Shown here: one piece after another, positions 37,171 to 46,291 of the stretch | Layout: the number at the start of each line of letters is the position of its first letter | Numbering within the stretch: position 1 is the stretch's first letter | Origin: Myxococcota bacterium | GTDB lineage: Bacteria; Myxococcota_A; Polyangia; Nannocystales; Nannocystaceae | Direction of reading: 5' to 3' | Length of the DNA: 64,000 bases | Assembly (NCBI GenBank): GCA_039028615.1 | Contig: JBCCHT010000013.1 | Coordinates: 64,001 to 128,000, forward strand | The notes under the pieces: model-generated | Seen by the model: the letters and a program-made list of their open reading frames with translations, nothing else | Databases searched by the model: none | What the model was told of the DNA's origin: nothing | Made by a program: the position numbers and the translations under genes

Positions 37171-38237
37171 CAGTAGGGCCTCGCGATGGTGGTGGAGGTG
37201 GGACTCAGGTCGAGGTCGGCGGTGAAGGACTCTTGGTCGCCGACGTGCCGGACGCAAACCCAATGGGGCCCCGCCCGAAAGAAGACCTCGCGTTCGCCCG
37301 CCAGGAAGGAGTCGATCGGGATGCCCACTTGGGAGGTGACGGGTACGGCGTCGGGATCGGGCTCGAGAGGATCCTGGATGATGTCGGGGTTGCAGCGGGA
37401 GAAGAACCCGGGAAGCTCGGACTCGAGGAGATAGAGGCCTTCTTCCGGGATGTCGAAGCTTCGGCACGAAGAGAGTTGCTCGAAGCCGTACGAGAAGGTG
37501 TCGTCGGCGCTGCAGTCGAGGGTGATGGTCTCGTGCCAGCCATCCTCGCTCGGGTGCAAGGGCGCATGCGGGCAGGGGTCGATGCGGGGGTAGAACCACG
37601 GCGCCGTCTCGAGCCAGCGCTCCTCGGCGGTCAGGATCGACTCGCCGTACACCGCGGAAAAATCGGCGCCGTCGAGCAGCGACATGATTGCGGCCGGGCC
37701 GTGTTCTTCGAGGAGCCACCGGGTGAAGTGCCCGGCGACCGGGTAGCTGACGTTGGAGGATTGGAGACGACCGAGGTTTTCGCTCGGGAGGGATACCCGC
37801 CTCGGGAACCGTTCGGAGGACTCGAGGGCCTCGGCGATGCCTTCGGAGAAGAACGTGTCACCGCGAATCCGCTTGGCGTTCCAGGTCACCGCATGGACCA
37901 GCTCGTGGTTGATGGCGATGACGTTGGAGCTGATGCGGTGGCGCCCCGGCTGGTAGCACCCCGCGGCCGTGCCGGAGCATCCTTCCGGGTCGCCGAGGTA
38001 CAGGACCACGTCGACGGGGGAGCGCATCTGGAGGCCGAGCCGTTCCTCCACACGATCGACTTGGTTTTGCAGGAACTGCATGTCGCCCGCACAAAACCCC
38101 GCGTCGAAGTCGTCCGTGAGGGCGACGCGAACCTGCTCGGTCTCGTAGCGATACTCGGGCGCGCAGGCGACTCCGAGCACGCCGATGAGCGCCAGGGCGC
38201 AACGATGCCGATGGCTCGATGGGGACGTCGTGGCCAC
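37170..38237 (-). CDS. Lipoprotein with gluzincin metallopeptidase motif
   Basis: Lipobox GVAC; HELVH followed by FFSEGIAE. Confidence 0.75.
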   Translation of the reverse strand: MATTSPSSHRHRCALALIGVLGVACAPEYRYETEQVRVALTDDFDAGFCAGDMQFLQNQVDRVEERLGLQMRSPVDVVLYLGDPEGCSGTAAGCYQPGRHRISSNVIAINHELVHAVTWNAKRIRGDTFFSEGIAEALESSERFPRRVSLPSENLGRLQSSNVSYPVAGHFTRWLLEEHGPAAIMSLLDGADFSAVYGESILTAEERWLETAPWFYPRIDPCPHAPLHPSEDGWHETITLDCSADDTFSYGFEQLSSCRSFDIPEEGLYLLESELPGFFSRCNPDIIQDPLEPDPDAVPVTSQVGIPIDSFLAGEREVFFRAGPHWVCVRHVGDQESFTADLDLSPTSTTIARPY

Positions 38238-38368
38238 GATGAAGAACTGCCGGGGGGGCTGCTTCTTTTCATTAGCACCCGACCCTCGGGTTCATGGACG
38301 ACAATTCGACCGCCGTCGCGGCAATCGGTCACAACGTCGGGGCACTGGCCGCGAGGGCGCGACGCGAG

Positions 38369-39895
38369 TCAGTCGCGGGCCCGGTTGAGGGCCAGCCACA
38401 CCTTGCTCCACAGCTTGCGAGCCCCCCACGGCTTGCGCAGCACCGACAGCACGCCCATGCGCTCGAGCGCGGTGGTGTGCTCCGGTTCGACGCGGCTCGA
38501 GGACACGAGGATCTGAGCGTCGGGCACGAGCTGGCGGAGCAGGGGCACCACCGACTCGATGGAGGTGCCGGGCAGGTTGTCGCCCACCAAGACCACGTTG
38601 GGCATGGTGGTGGAGCTCTCGACGATCTCCGTGGCTTCGTCCGCATCGGCGGCGACCTCCACGTCCAGCCCGAAGCGTCGCAGCAATCGGCGGGCGGTGG
38701 AGCGCACCAGACCTTCTTCGTCGATGACCAGCACGGAGCCCGCCAGCTGGGTCAGCGAGGCCTCGGTGGCGGCGGGGACGGGGCGGCTGGGACGAACGGT
38801 GGGGAGGTAGACCGAGACGCAGGTGCCCTGATCGACCTCGCTGTCGATGGTGATCTCGCCCCCGTGGTCACGTACGACGCTCTGGGCCGTGCTGAGCCCG
38901 AGCCCGGTGCCCTCGCCCTCGGGCTTGGTGGAAAAGAACGGCTGGAACGCGCGCTCGGCCGTCTCGACGTCCATGCCGAGGCCGTTGTCTTCGAGGTCGA
39001 TGCGAAGGTAGCGGCCCGGACCCAGCCCCACGGGGAGGGGGTCGGAGTGCATGGCCGATTGCTGCGCGCGGATGATGAGCTGGCCCCCGCCCGGCATCGC
39101 CTGCCCGGCGTTGATCCCCGCGTTGAGCAGCACTTGCAGCAGCAACGCCGAGTCGCCCATGACGCTGAGGTCGACGTCGATCTCGCAGCGAATGTCGACC
39201 GTGCGGGGCAGGGTGCGCCGCAACAAGGCGGCCGCCTCGTCGACCAGGGCGGGGACGTCGACGGGCTCGAGCACGGCGTCGCGCTTGCGGGTGAACGACA
39301 ACAATTGCCGGGTCAGCTGCGCGGCCCGGCGGGCGGCGGTCTCGATTTCCGACAGGCACTCGTCGACGTCGTCGGGCGACCCGTCGCGCGCCTTGAGGTA
39401 GTCGACGTTGCCGAGGATCGCGAGCACGAGGTTGTTGAAGTCGTGCGCCACCCCGCCGGCCAGCTGCCCGAGCGCTTGCATCTTCTGGGCGCGGACGACC
39501 TGCTCTTCGTAGCGATCGTTGCGGGTGAACAACAAGATCGTGCCCGACCCCACCGCGATCTTGTCGCCCGACTGCAGCGGCGCCGCTTCGACGCGTTGGC
39601 CGTTGACGTAGGTCCCGTTGCGGCTGCCGAGGTCCTCGACGAGGTGGGTTCCGTCGGCTTGCCGAGACACCCGCATATGGCGTCGAGACACGCCCTCGTC
39701 CAGGATGAGTCCGCGTCCGTCGACGTCCCGGCCCACGATGACCCCATCGCCCACGACGACCCTACGGCCGGTGTCGGGGCCCACCAGGACCACGAGCAGG
39801 GCGGCGTTGTGGCGGCCGCTGCTCTGCCGCGTGTTCGCGGCTCGTCGTGCACCTGCGGAGGAGCGCTGCGTTGTTGTGTAGGGGTCTTGGCCCAT
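38369..39895 (-). CDS. FHA-domain hybrid histidine kinase with atypical receiver domain
   Basis: FHA (GR, SRRH, GSRNGTYVNG); H-box AHDFNN; DNGLG, FFSTK, GTGLGL; C-terminal REC-like domain. Confidence 0.92.
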   Translation of the reverse strand: MGQDPYTTTQRSSAGARRAANTRQSSGRHNAALLVVLVGPDTGRRVVVGDGVIVGRDVDGRGLILDEGVSRRHMRVSRQADGTHLVEDLGSRNGTYVNGQRVEAAPLQSGDKIAVGSGTILLFTRNDRYEEQVVRAQKMQALGQLAGGVAHDFNNLVLAILGNVDYLKARDGSPDDVDECLSEIETAARRAAQLTRQLLSFTRKRDAVLEPVDVPALVDEAAALLRRTLPRTVDIRCEIDVDLSVMGDSALLLQVLLNAGINAGQAMPGGGQLIIRAQQSAMHSDPLPVGLGPGRYLRIDLEDNGLGMDVETAERAFQPFFSTKPEGEGTGLGLSTAQSVVRDHGGEITIDSEVDQGTCVSVYLPTVRPSRPVPAATEASLTQLAGSVLVIDEEGLVRSTARRLLRRFGLDVEVAADADEATEIVESSTTMPNVVLVGDNLPGTSIESVVPLLRQLVPDAQILVSSSRVEPEHTTALERMGVLSVLRKPWGARKLWSKVWLALNRARD

Positions 39896-40111
39896 CCGTC
39901 GCGACGCGTCTGCGCCTCAAATCAGGGTAGCACCATCGGGCCCTAGACCCCCCGGTCTAGGCCCGGTTTCAGGCACGGTGGGGTGGGGCAGTAGGGGCAG
40001 TGTCGGCGTGCGTCCGACAGGCTCGTGGAACGATTCGGAAGCGCATCGTGAAATCGAGATCGCAGTCCAGACAAGGCGCGGCGCTCGTCCCTTGGTATCG
40101 TCGGGCGTACG

Positions 40112-40921
40112 ATGACAAGATCGTCCCATCCCGTGACCCCGGAGCGTGTCTGGGTGCGCGCACCCACGAAGGCGTATGCACGGTGTCTTCGCTCTCATGG
40201 TGGAGGTGATCCGGATCCACGCGCAGCCGTCGTCCAGCACCAAGGCTATGTTGCGGCGCTGCATGACGCGGGGATCGACGTCGAGGTCGTGCCGCCGGCC
40301 GAACCGCTCCCGGATGCTTGTTTCGTGGAGGATGGTGCCGTTGTGCTCGGCGACCGGGTCGTGATGACCCGGCCCGGTGCGCAGGCTCGTCGGGCCGAGC
40401 TTCCGAGCTTGGAAACCGCGTTGGCGGGGCATCTCGCCGTGCAGCACCTCGAGGCCCCAGGCACCCTCGATGGCGGCGACGTGATGCGCATGGGGGACCG
40501 GTTATTCGTCGGTCGTTCGGCGCGTACCAATGACACTGGTATCGAGCAACTGCGGGCGCTGGCGTCCGAGGTCGGGCTCGAAGTGGTGCCGGTCGCCGTG
40601 CCGGATGCATCCCTTCACCTCAAGTCCGTGTGCTCCGCCCTCGACGATCGGCGCGTCGTGGTCGACGCCACCGCCTTGCCGCCCGCGGTGCTCAGTGATC
40701 TGGGTCTCACCGTGCACGAGGTTCCAGAGCCGGCCGGCGCCAATGTGCTGTGCTTCGGCGATCGGGTCCTCGTCTCCGCTGACGCTCCCCGCACGGCCGC
40801 CTGGTTGTGCGCCGAAGGTTTCACGGTGGTCGAGGTTCCGCTCGGTGAGTTCCACCGCGGTGACGGTGCACTCAGCTGCTTGTCGCTTCGGCTGCCACCG
40901 CCGGGCCAGTGGTCGGTGTAA
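40112..40921 (+). CDS. Dimethylargininase (DDAH)/amidinotransferase family protein
   Basis: PDACFVED, DGGDV, RTN, LHLKS, GALSCLS catalytic Cys. Confidence 0.88.
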   Translation: MTRSSHPVTPERVWVRAPTKAYARCLRSHGGGDPDPRAAVVQHQGYVAALHDAGIDVEVVPPAEPLPDACFVEDGAVVLGDRVVMTRPGAQARRAELPSLETALAGHLAVQHLEAPGTLDGGDVMRMGDRLFVGRSARTNDTGIEQLRALASEVGLEVVPVAVPDASLHLKSVCSALDDRRVVVDATALPPAVLSDLGLTVHEVPEPAGANVLCFGDRVLVSADAPRTAAWLCAEGFTVVEVPLGEFHRGDGALSCLSLRLPPPGQWSV

Positions 40922-41128
40922 CTCCACGGCCCACCTGGAGTCGCGAATCGCCACGGCGGTCGGGCGACTTGCCTGACTGGGGCGAAGAGCCCCGGTGAAC
41001 TACGGGACAAAGTGAAGCCTCGGGGTGGGGACGCGTTCGGTCACGTCGGCCTCCAAACGCCGCTCGGCGACGTCTGACGTGGGCTTGGGCGGCTACCACT
41101 CCGCACTGTTACCCACATCACCCTCCTT

Positions 41129-41144
41129 CGGCACGGAGCTTGCG
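41129..41144 (+). promoter_or_regulatory. Sigma54 (-24/-12) promoter
   Basis: CGGCACG-GAGC-TTGCG with GG-N10-GC spacing, directly upstream of the CDS at 41159. Confidence 0.65.
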
Positions 41145-41158
41145 AGGGCAGGGGGGCG

Positions 41159-41878
41159 ATGGAGTCGATGATCAACGAGGACGCCGACACGCTACGGATC
41201 CCCCGCAAGTGGATGCGCTCGGCGCTCGCTGCTGCGGCCGAGGTCGAGATCTCCTCCGAGCCGCTGCGCGGACCGGACCGACGCCTCGGGCCGACGGGGC
41301 AGGCGCTGGACCTGCTCGACTGCATCGACGACAGCTTTGCCTGGGCCGAGAAGGCACTGCAGGGCGCCGAGGCGCTCATCGAGGCTCTGCCCGCCCGCGC
41401 CGCCGAGGTCGGTTGGTCCACGACGCAGCTCCGCACTGTGGCCGCCCTGTGCCTCGAGGAGCTCGGCTCGACCTTCGATCCCTACGCGATGGTCCCCGAA
41501 CGCGGCCACCGCCTGGTGCACGAGCTGTTCACGTTGGGCGACACGCTGCGATCGGTGCGCTCGCGCTCGCGCTCCGCCGGCAAGCACGTGCTGCGCTTGG
41601 CCCTGCAGGCCCCCGGCGTCGTGGCGCGAGCTCGTCGGGCGGTCGAGCTCAGCCATGCGGATGACGCCAGCTCCACCCTGGCCTGGCTGCAGGGATTGCC
41701 GTCGCGTGCCAAGGACTCGGCGTACGCGGTGCGTCTGCGCTTGTCCGCGTTGCCGGCTCGGGCCGAGGCGCTCCGGCAGCGGCTGCAAGACCTCAGCGTC
41801 GAGTCGTCCATCGACCTGCCGGCCCGGCGTCGAGCGGGAGCCAAGACGGTCGAGATCGAGGTGGTCTCCGAGGACTAG
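41159..41878 (+). CDS. Hypothetical alpha-helical protein
   Basis: GC3-biased ORF, no recognised motif. Confidence 0.65.
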   Translation: MESMINEDADTLRIPRKWMRSALAAAAEVEISSEPLRGPDRRLGPTGQALDLLDCIDDSFAWAEKALQGAEALIEALPARAAEVGWSTTQLRTVAALCLEELGSTFDPYAMVPERGHRLVHELFTLGDTLRSVRSRSRSAGKHVLRLALQAPGVVARARRAVELSHADDASSTLAWLQGLPSRAKDSAYAVRLRLSALPARAEALRQRLQDLSVESSIDLPARRRAGAKTVEIEVVSED

Positions 41879-41889
41879 CGACGCTCGCG

Positions 41890-43107
41890 TCAGCCGCCGC
41901 GGCGGTCGGGATAGTGCACCCGCATCACGATGCCGCCGACGATGAGCTCCGCGCCGTTGGGCACGCGGGCGACCTGATCGACCTTGTGTCCGTTGATGGT
42001 GATGGGCGCGCCGGGAGCGGCCGGGCGGATGACGGCGCGCCGCGGAAAGCCGCTCCAGTCGAGCATGGCGTGCACGTCGAGCAGGTCGCCGCCGGTCACC
42101 TGCACCGCACAAATCTCGCCTGCACCCACGCGTCGGCGCCCGGGGATGAGCGGCACGTGGCGGCTGGTGCCGCCCGTCTGGATCTCGACGGTGGCCGCGG
42201 GGCTCGCCCCCAGGTCGTGGTGCAGGATGTCGCCGAGCGCGGACGCCACTTCCCCCGCCAGCTGCGGGCGGTTCATCGGATCCTTGTCGAGGGCGCGGGT
42301 CAGCAGCTCGAGCAGCGACTCGGGCAGGCCGCCGCAGCCGGGATAGCGGGTGATGGGCACCACCTCTTGCGTCGCGTGGGCGTCGAGCCACCCGAGCGGG
42401 TTGTCGTGCAGGGCTCGAATCACCTCGCTGACGCGACGGTCCTCGAACAGCACCGCGTGCCCCGACAGCAGCTCGTACAAGATCGTGGCGAGGCTGTAGA
42501 TGTCGCTGGCCGGCGTGAGCTGATGGGTATGCAGCTGCTCCGGCTGGCAGTAGTGCGGCGTGCCGACCACGGTGCGGGCCGCGGTGGCGTTGCGACCGTA
42601 GACCCAGGGCACGCCCCATGCCCGCGCGAGGCCGAAGTCCAGCAGCTTGATCAGCCCATCGGGTTGCACCCAGATGTTGGCGGGCTTGATGTCGCGATGG
42701 ACCACGCCCTTGGCATGCGCCCCGGCCAGGCCCACGCACACCTGCAGCAAGGTCTCGACCGCATGGGAGACCTGCATGGGCTGATCGATGTCGTGCAGGT
42801 GGTCGAGCTGTCGCCCCTGCAAGAACTCCATGACGAGGTAGAAGTAGCCCTCGCCGATGCTCGAGCCGTGCAGCTTCACCACGTGCGGGCTCGACAGGGC
42901 GCGGAGCACCGCGATCTCGCGGATGGCCCGCTGCACCAGGTCCACCGACATGTTGGGCAGCGCGGTCAGTTTCATCGCGACCGGCTCGGGGCGCTCGGGG
43001 CTCCGCACTTTGTAGACGCGAGCGAACGAGCCGCGCCCCACTTCTTCGAGGATCTCGAAGTCCTCGAACGTCTCCCCCGGCGAGGGGAATGCAAACGGAG
43101 CGTCCAT
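41890..43107 (-). CDS. Ser/Thr protein kinase with C-terminal FHA-like domain
   Basis: GRGSFARV, VAMK, HRDIKPAN, DFG, DIYSL; C-terminal ITING beta-rich domain. Confidence 0.9.
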   Translation of the reverse strand: MDAPFAFPSPGETFEDFEILEEVGRGSFARVYKVRSPERPEPVAMKLTALPNMSVDLVQRAIREIAVLRALSSPHVVKLHGSSIGEGYFYLVMEFLQGRQLDHLHDIDQPMQVSHAVETLLQVCVGLAGAHAKGVVHRDIKPANIWVQPDGLIKLLDFGLARAWGVPWVYGRNATAARTVVGTPHYCQPEQLHTHQLTPASDIYSLATILYELLSGHAVLFEDRRVSEVIRALHDNPLGWLDAHATQEVVPITRYPGCGGLPESLLELLTRALDKDPMNRPQLAGEVASALGDILHHDLGASPAATVEIQTGGTSRHVPLIPGRRRVGAGEICAVQVTGGDLLDVHAMLDWSGFPRRAVIRPAAPGAPITINGHKVDQVARVPNGAELIVGGIVMRVHYPDRRGG

Positions 43108-43215
43108 CGTCACCGCCAGGATACTTGCGACAGGCCCGACGATGCGACCACCACCGTTTGCGTGAGGATCCGGCGGGGGGTCGGTTGGGTCATGGTAGAC
43201 CGGAGGGGGTATCTC

Positions 43216-43749
43216 ATGCGTGGACGGAGGCAACGACGAGGGGCGCATGCGGTGGCGACGATGGGCGTGGCCGCGCTCGTAGGCTGTACCTCCACGATGT
43301 CACGCGAGGCCCTGGAGCAGGAGGTTCGCGCGTACCTGAGCGAGCGCGGCATCGAGCCGAGCGGCGTTTCGTGCCCCCCAGGGCTCGAAAAGGCCCGTGA
43401 TGCCCATGTGGTCTGCGAGGCCCGGTTGGGCACGATGACGGTGCCGATCGTGGCGACGGTGACCGACGACGAGGGGAACGTCGAACTCCGGCCGCGTTTC
43501 GCCGCCCTCGTCACCGAGCGGCTGGTGCCCGAGATCACCAAGGAACTCGGCAACCAGGGCTACCCGGTCGAGACCATCGACTGCGAGGGCAGGCTGTGGG
43601 TCGCCTCCGCGGGCGCCGAGCATCGTTGCGAGTTCGAGACCGAAGACGGGCGGCAGTTCGTCTGGAAGGCCGTGTTCAAGGGCGACGGCTCCGCCAAATA
43701 CCGCGCGACGCTCGTTCCCAAGCGAGCAGGCCAGGGAGGCCCCTCGTGA
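43216..43749 (+). CDS. DUF4333-like lipoprotein
   Basis: Lipobox LVGC; two VSCP...VVC / IDC...HRC repeats. Confidence 0.65.
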   Translation: MRGRRQRRGAHAVATMGVAALVGCTSTMSREALEQEVRAYLSERGIEPSGVSCPPGLEKARDAHVVCEARLGTMTVPIVATVTDDEGNVELRPRFAALVTERLVPEITKELGNQGYPVETIDCEGRLWVASAGAEHRCEFETEDGRQFVWKAVFKGDGSAKYRATLVPKRAGQGGPS

Positions 43750-43844
43750 GGCGCGGGAATCGAAGCGGGCCGTGGGGCGTGCAAGGGGCCGTGGCGGACG
43801 GCGCAGCATCGAGGGCAACGACGACTGGCGCACGGCGGCCCCGG

Positions 43845-45221
43845 ATGATCTCGGGCCTCGCCCTCGCGCTCGGCGTGGCCTGTGGCGGTCCGGCGGGCAG
43901 CGAGGCCACGCCACCCCGGGACACCACGGCGCAGGCTGCCGCTCACGGCGAGGCCAAGCCCGCGGCCGAGTGCCCCACCGAGCCGATCGATGTCGAGCGA
44001 GCACCCGGCACCCGCGAAGAACATCGCGACGTCGAGTTCTGGCTGGCGAAGCTGACTCCGGACAAGGCCGACGAGGTGCTCGTCCCCGCCACCGCCATCG
44101 CGGAGCTGAACACCCGTTTCTCCGAGGTCGAAGGGGCGTGGCACGACCCGCTCGATCCGGCGCTGTCCGATCCGGCCGAGATCGCCGAGGACCTCGACGA
44201 GCGCATGGCCTGGATCCGGGGCCGCGTCGAGGACGGGCGCTACGTCGAGGGCACCGCGGGCAGCTTCGCGCGGGCCGAGCAGATCACCCGCGACGCCCAG
44301 CGGGTCGACGAGCTCCGCATGGTCGTCGAAGAGGCCAGCGTCTGGTGCGTCGCGCTCGACGACGGCCTCTACAAAACGCCCATCGACCTCGACTTCGACC
44401 GCAACCGCTGCGCCAGCCTGCATCCGGGCGAGATCATCCGGGTCCTGCAGCGCAGCCCCGATGAATCCTGGGTCTACGTGCACTCCGGTCACACCACGGG
44501 CTGGCTGCACGCACCGCAGCTCACCCCGACCTTGCCTGGCAAGCATCTCCAGCAGTTGCTCGACGGCCCGCGCCTGGTCCCCACCGACGACGACCAGCGC
44601 ACCGAGGGCGGGCGAAGGCTCCGCCTGGGCACCAGCGTGCCCATCGTGGGGCGTCAGGACGATGTCCGAAAGATCCTCGTGCCCACCACCACCGGGCTCG
44701 TCGAGGACACCGTGCGTCTGTCCCCGGGGGCCTCCGAAGGGGCGCTGCCGCTGACCCGTCGCCACGCCTGGTCGCTCGCGCTATCCGAGCAGGACACCCC
44801 GTACGGCTGGGGCGGCCGGGCCGGGCACCGCGACTGTTCTCGGCTCATGCGGGACGTCATGAGCACCTTCGGCCTCCAGCTCGCCCGTCACTCCGGGGTG
44901 CAGGGCAAGCTCGGCACCGACAACATCGACGTCTCCGAGCTTTCCGAGCAGGGCAAGATCGAGGCTCTGCGCCAGGCGGCCCAGCGCGGCGTGGTGCTGC
45001 TGTACATGCCCGGGCACATCATGATGTACCTCGGCGAAGACGACGGGCAGCAGTACGCCGTCTCGGCCATCAGCGAGTACCTCGTGCCGTGCGAGGGCGG
45101 CCCCGACACCGTCTATCGGCCGGGGAGGGTGGCGGTCACCACCCTCGAGCTGGGCCGCGACAGCGAGCGCACCGCGTACATCGAGCGGCTCAGCAAACTC
45201 GTCGTGTTCGCGCCGACCTGA
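43845..45221 (+). CDS. NlpC/P60 family peptidoglycan peptidase with SH3-like domains, lipoprotein
   Basis: Lipobox GVAC; PYGWGG...DCS; PGHIMMYLG. Alternative GTG start at 43746. Confidence 0.88.
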   Translation: MISGLALALGVACGGPAGSEATPPRDTTAQAAAHGEAKPAAECPTEPIDVERAPGTREEHRDVEFWLAKLTPDKADEVLVPATAIAELNTRFSEVEGAWHDPLDPALSDPAEIAEDLDERMAWIRGRVEDGRYVEGTAGSFARAEQITRDAQRVDELRMVVEEASVWCVALDDGLYKTPIDLDFDRNRCASLHPGEIIRVLQRSPDESWVYVHSGHTTGWLHAPQLTPTLPGKHLQQLLDGPRLVPTDDDQRTEGGRRLRLGTSVPIVGRQDDVRKILVPTTTGLVEDTVRLSPGASEGALPLTRRHAWSLALSEQDTPYGWGGRAGHRDCSRLMRDVMSTFGLQLARHSGVQGKLGTDNIDVSELSEQGKIEALRQAAQRGVVLLYMPGHIMMYLGEDDGQQYAVSAISEYLVPCEGGPDTVYRPGRVAVTTLELGRDSERTAYIERLSKLVVFAPT

Positions 45222-45276
45222 GCCCCAGCGGCCCTCGAAATAGGAGCTTGCGTCCTGTCGCTCCCAGCCCCTCGCT

Positions 45277-46023
45277 TCAGCCGAACGGACCAACCGTGGA
45301 AAGCTGTCGCTTCCTCCTCTTCTTCAGCTCTTTCTTCTTCTCGGAGAGCTTCCGTAGCTGATCTACTTTCTGGGCGGTGTTTGGGGTTCGGCTGGGTGGA
45401 TTGAGGGCACTCGAATGGTCCTGGTGTCCCGTTTCTTGGACGTTAGCATCACCTTGGGAAACCGACCCGACCTGGCGCAACGAAGGAGGGCTGGTTGAAA
45501 TCGCCCTGTTTTCGAAGTCTCGCGGGGATTGCTCGGGTTCTCTACACTCGAGGTGTCGATCCCAGGCTTTTTGGAGTGCGGGGTCGCTTCCCAACAACTG
45601 TTGCAGCTGTGTATCGATGCCGCCGAGTTCTCGGTCGATCTCTTCCATCTCGGCCTTGACGTGTTGCTCGGTCTTCTCCATTGCAGCCCGTTCACGGCTG
45701 ACCCAAGCTTTGAGCCGCGCGTCGTCGACCAGGACTTGGTCCACGAAGTCGAGAATCTGGCGTCGTTTTCCGGTCGTATTGTTGTCGACCGTGAAGTACG
45801 AGGCGAGGACCGATTTTCGGATGTCGGCGAGTGTCTGATCAGACAGAGAATCGCTAAATAGCCAAGCTGAGAACGAGCCAGCGAGCGACGCTATGAGCAC
45901 TGGGACCGTGAGTCGGACCGTCCAGGGTCGTGCTTGCCGCTCCTTGAGTTCTGAGATTTCGAGCCGCAGCTTCTCGAGCGCAGGGTCTGGGTCAGTCGCG
46001 ACGGTGGACTGGTTCTCGTCCAT
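45277..46023 (-). CDS. Hypothetical membrane-anchored coiled-coil protein, lower GC
   Basis: GAAGGAG RBS, one TM helix, coiled coil; atypical codon usage. Confidence 0.6.
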   Translation of the reverse strand: MDENQSTVATDPDPALEKLRLEISELKERQARPWTVRLTVPVLIASLAGSFSAWLFSDSLSDQTLADIRKSVLASYFTVDNNTTGKRRQILDFVDQVLVDDARLKAWVSRERAAMEKTEQHVKAEMEEIDRELGGIDTQLQQLLGSDPALQKAWDRHLECREPEQSPRDFENRAISTSPPSLRQVGSVSQGDANVQETGHQDHSSALNPPSRTPNTAQKVDQLRKLSEKKKELKKRRKRQLSTVGPFG

Positions 46024-46138
46024 GAACAGGCTCCTTCATCGCAAGTGTCCCACACCGGTCGGGATCCCAGCGTGCTTGGGATGCGTAGCCATGCTCGTAG
46101 CGGTGGCAGGGTGGCGGTACACCGAACCCCAGGATCAC

Positions 46139-46162
46139 AGAACCCCGCCGAAGCGGGGTTCT
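46139..46162 (-). terminator. Hairpin terminator after tRNA-Thr
   Basis: AGAACCCCGC-TTCG-GCGGGGTTCT on the minus strand. Confidence 0.7.
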
Positions 46163-46165
46163 TGT

Positions 46166-46241
46166 TGGAGCCATCTAGCGGAGTCGAACCGCTGACCTGC
46201 TGATTACGAATCAGCTGCTCTACCAACTGAGCTAAGATGGC
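46166..46241 (-). tRNA. tRNA-Thr(CGT)
   Basis: GCCATCT acceptor stem, GCTGA-TTCGTAA-TCAGC anticodon arm, GGTTCGA T-loop, encoded CCA; 76 nt. Confidence 0.97.
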
Positions 46242-46291
46242 GAGGCGGCGCTTGATACGACGCTCCGTGCGGCGCCGTCAAGACCATCGGT

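Noticed and set aside
39942..39961. CCTAGACC/GGTCTAGG palindrome between the histidine kinase and DDAH genes
   Set aside because: A single short palindrome with no supporting context.
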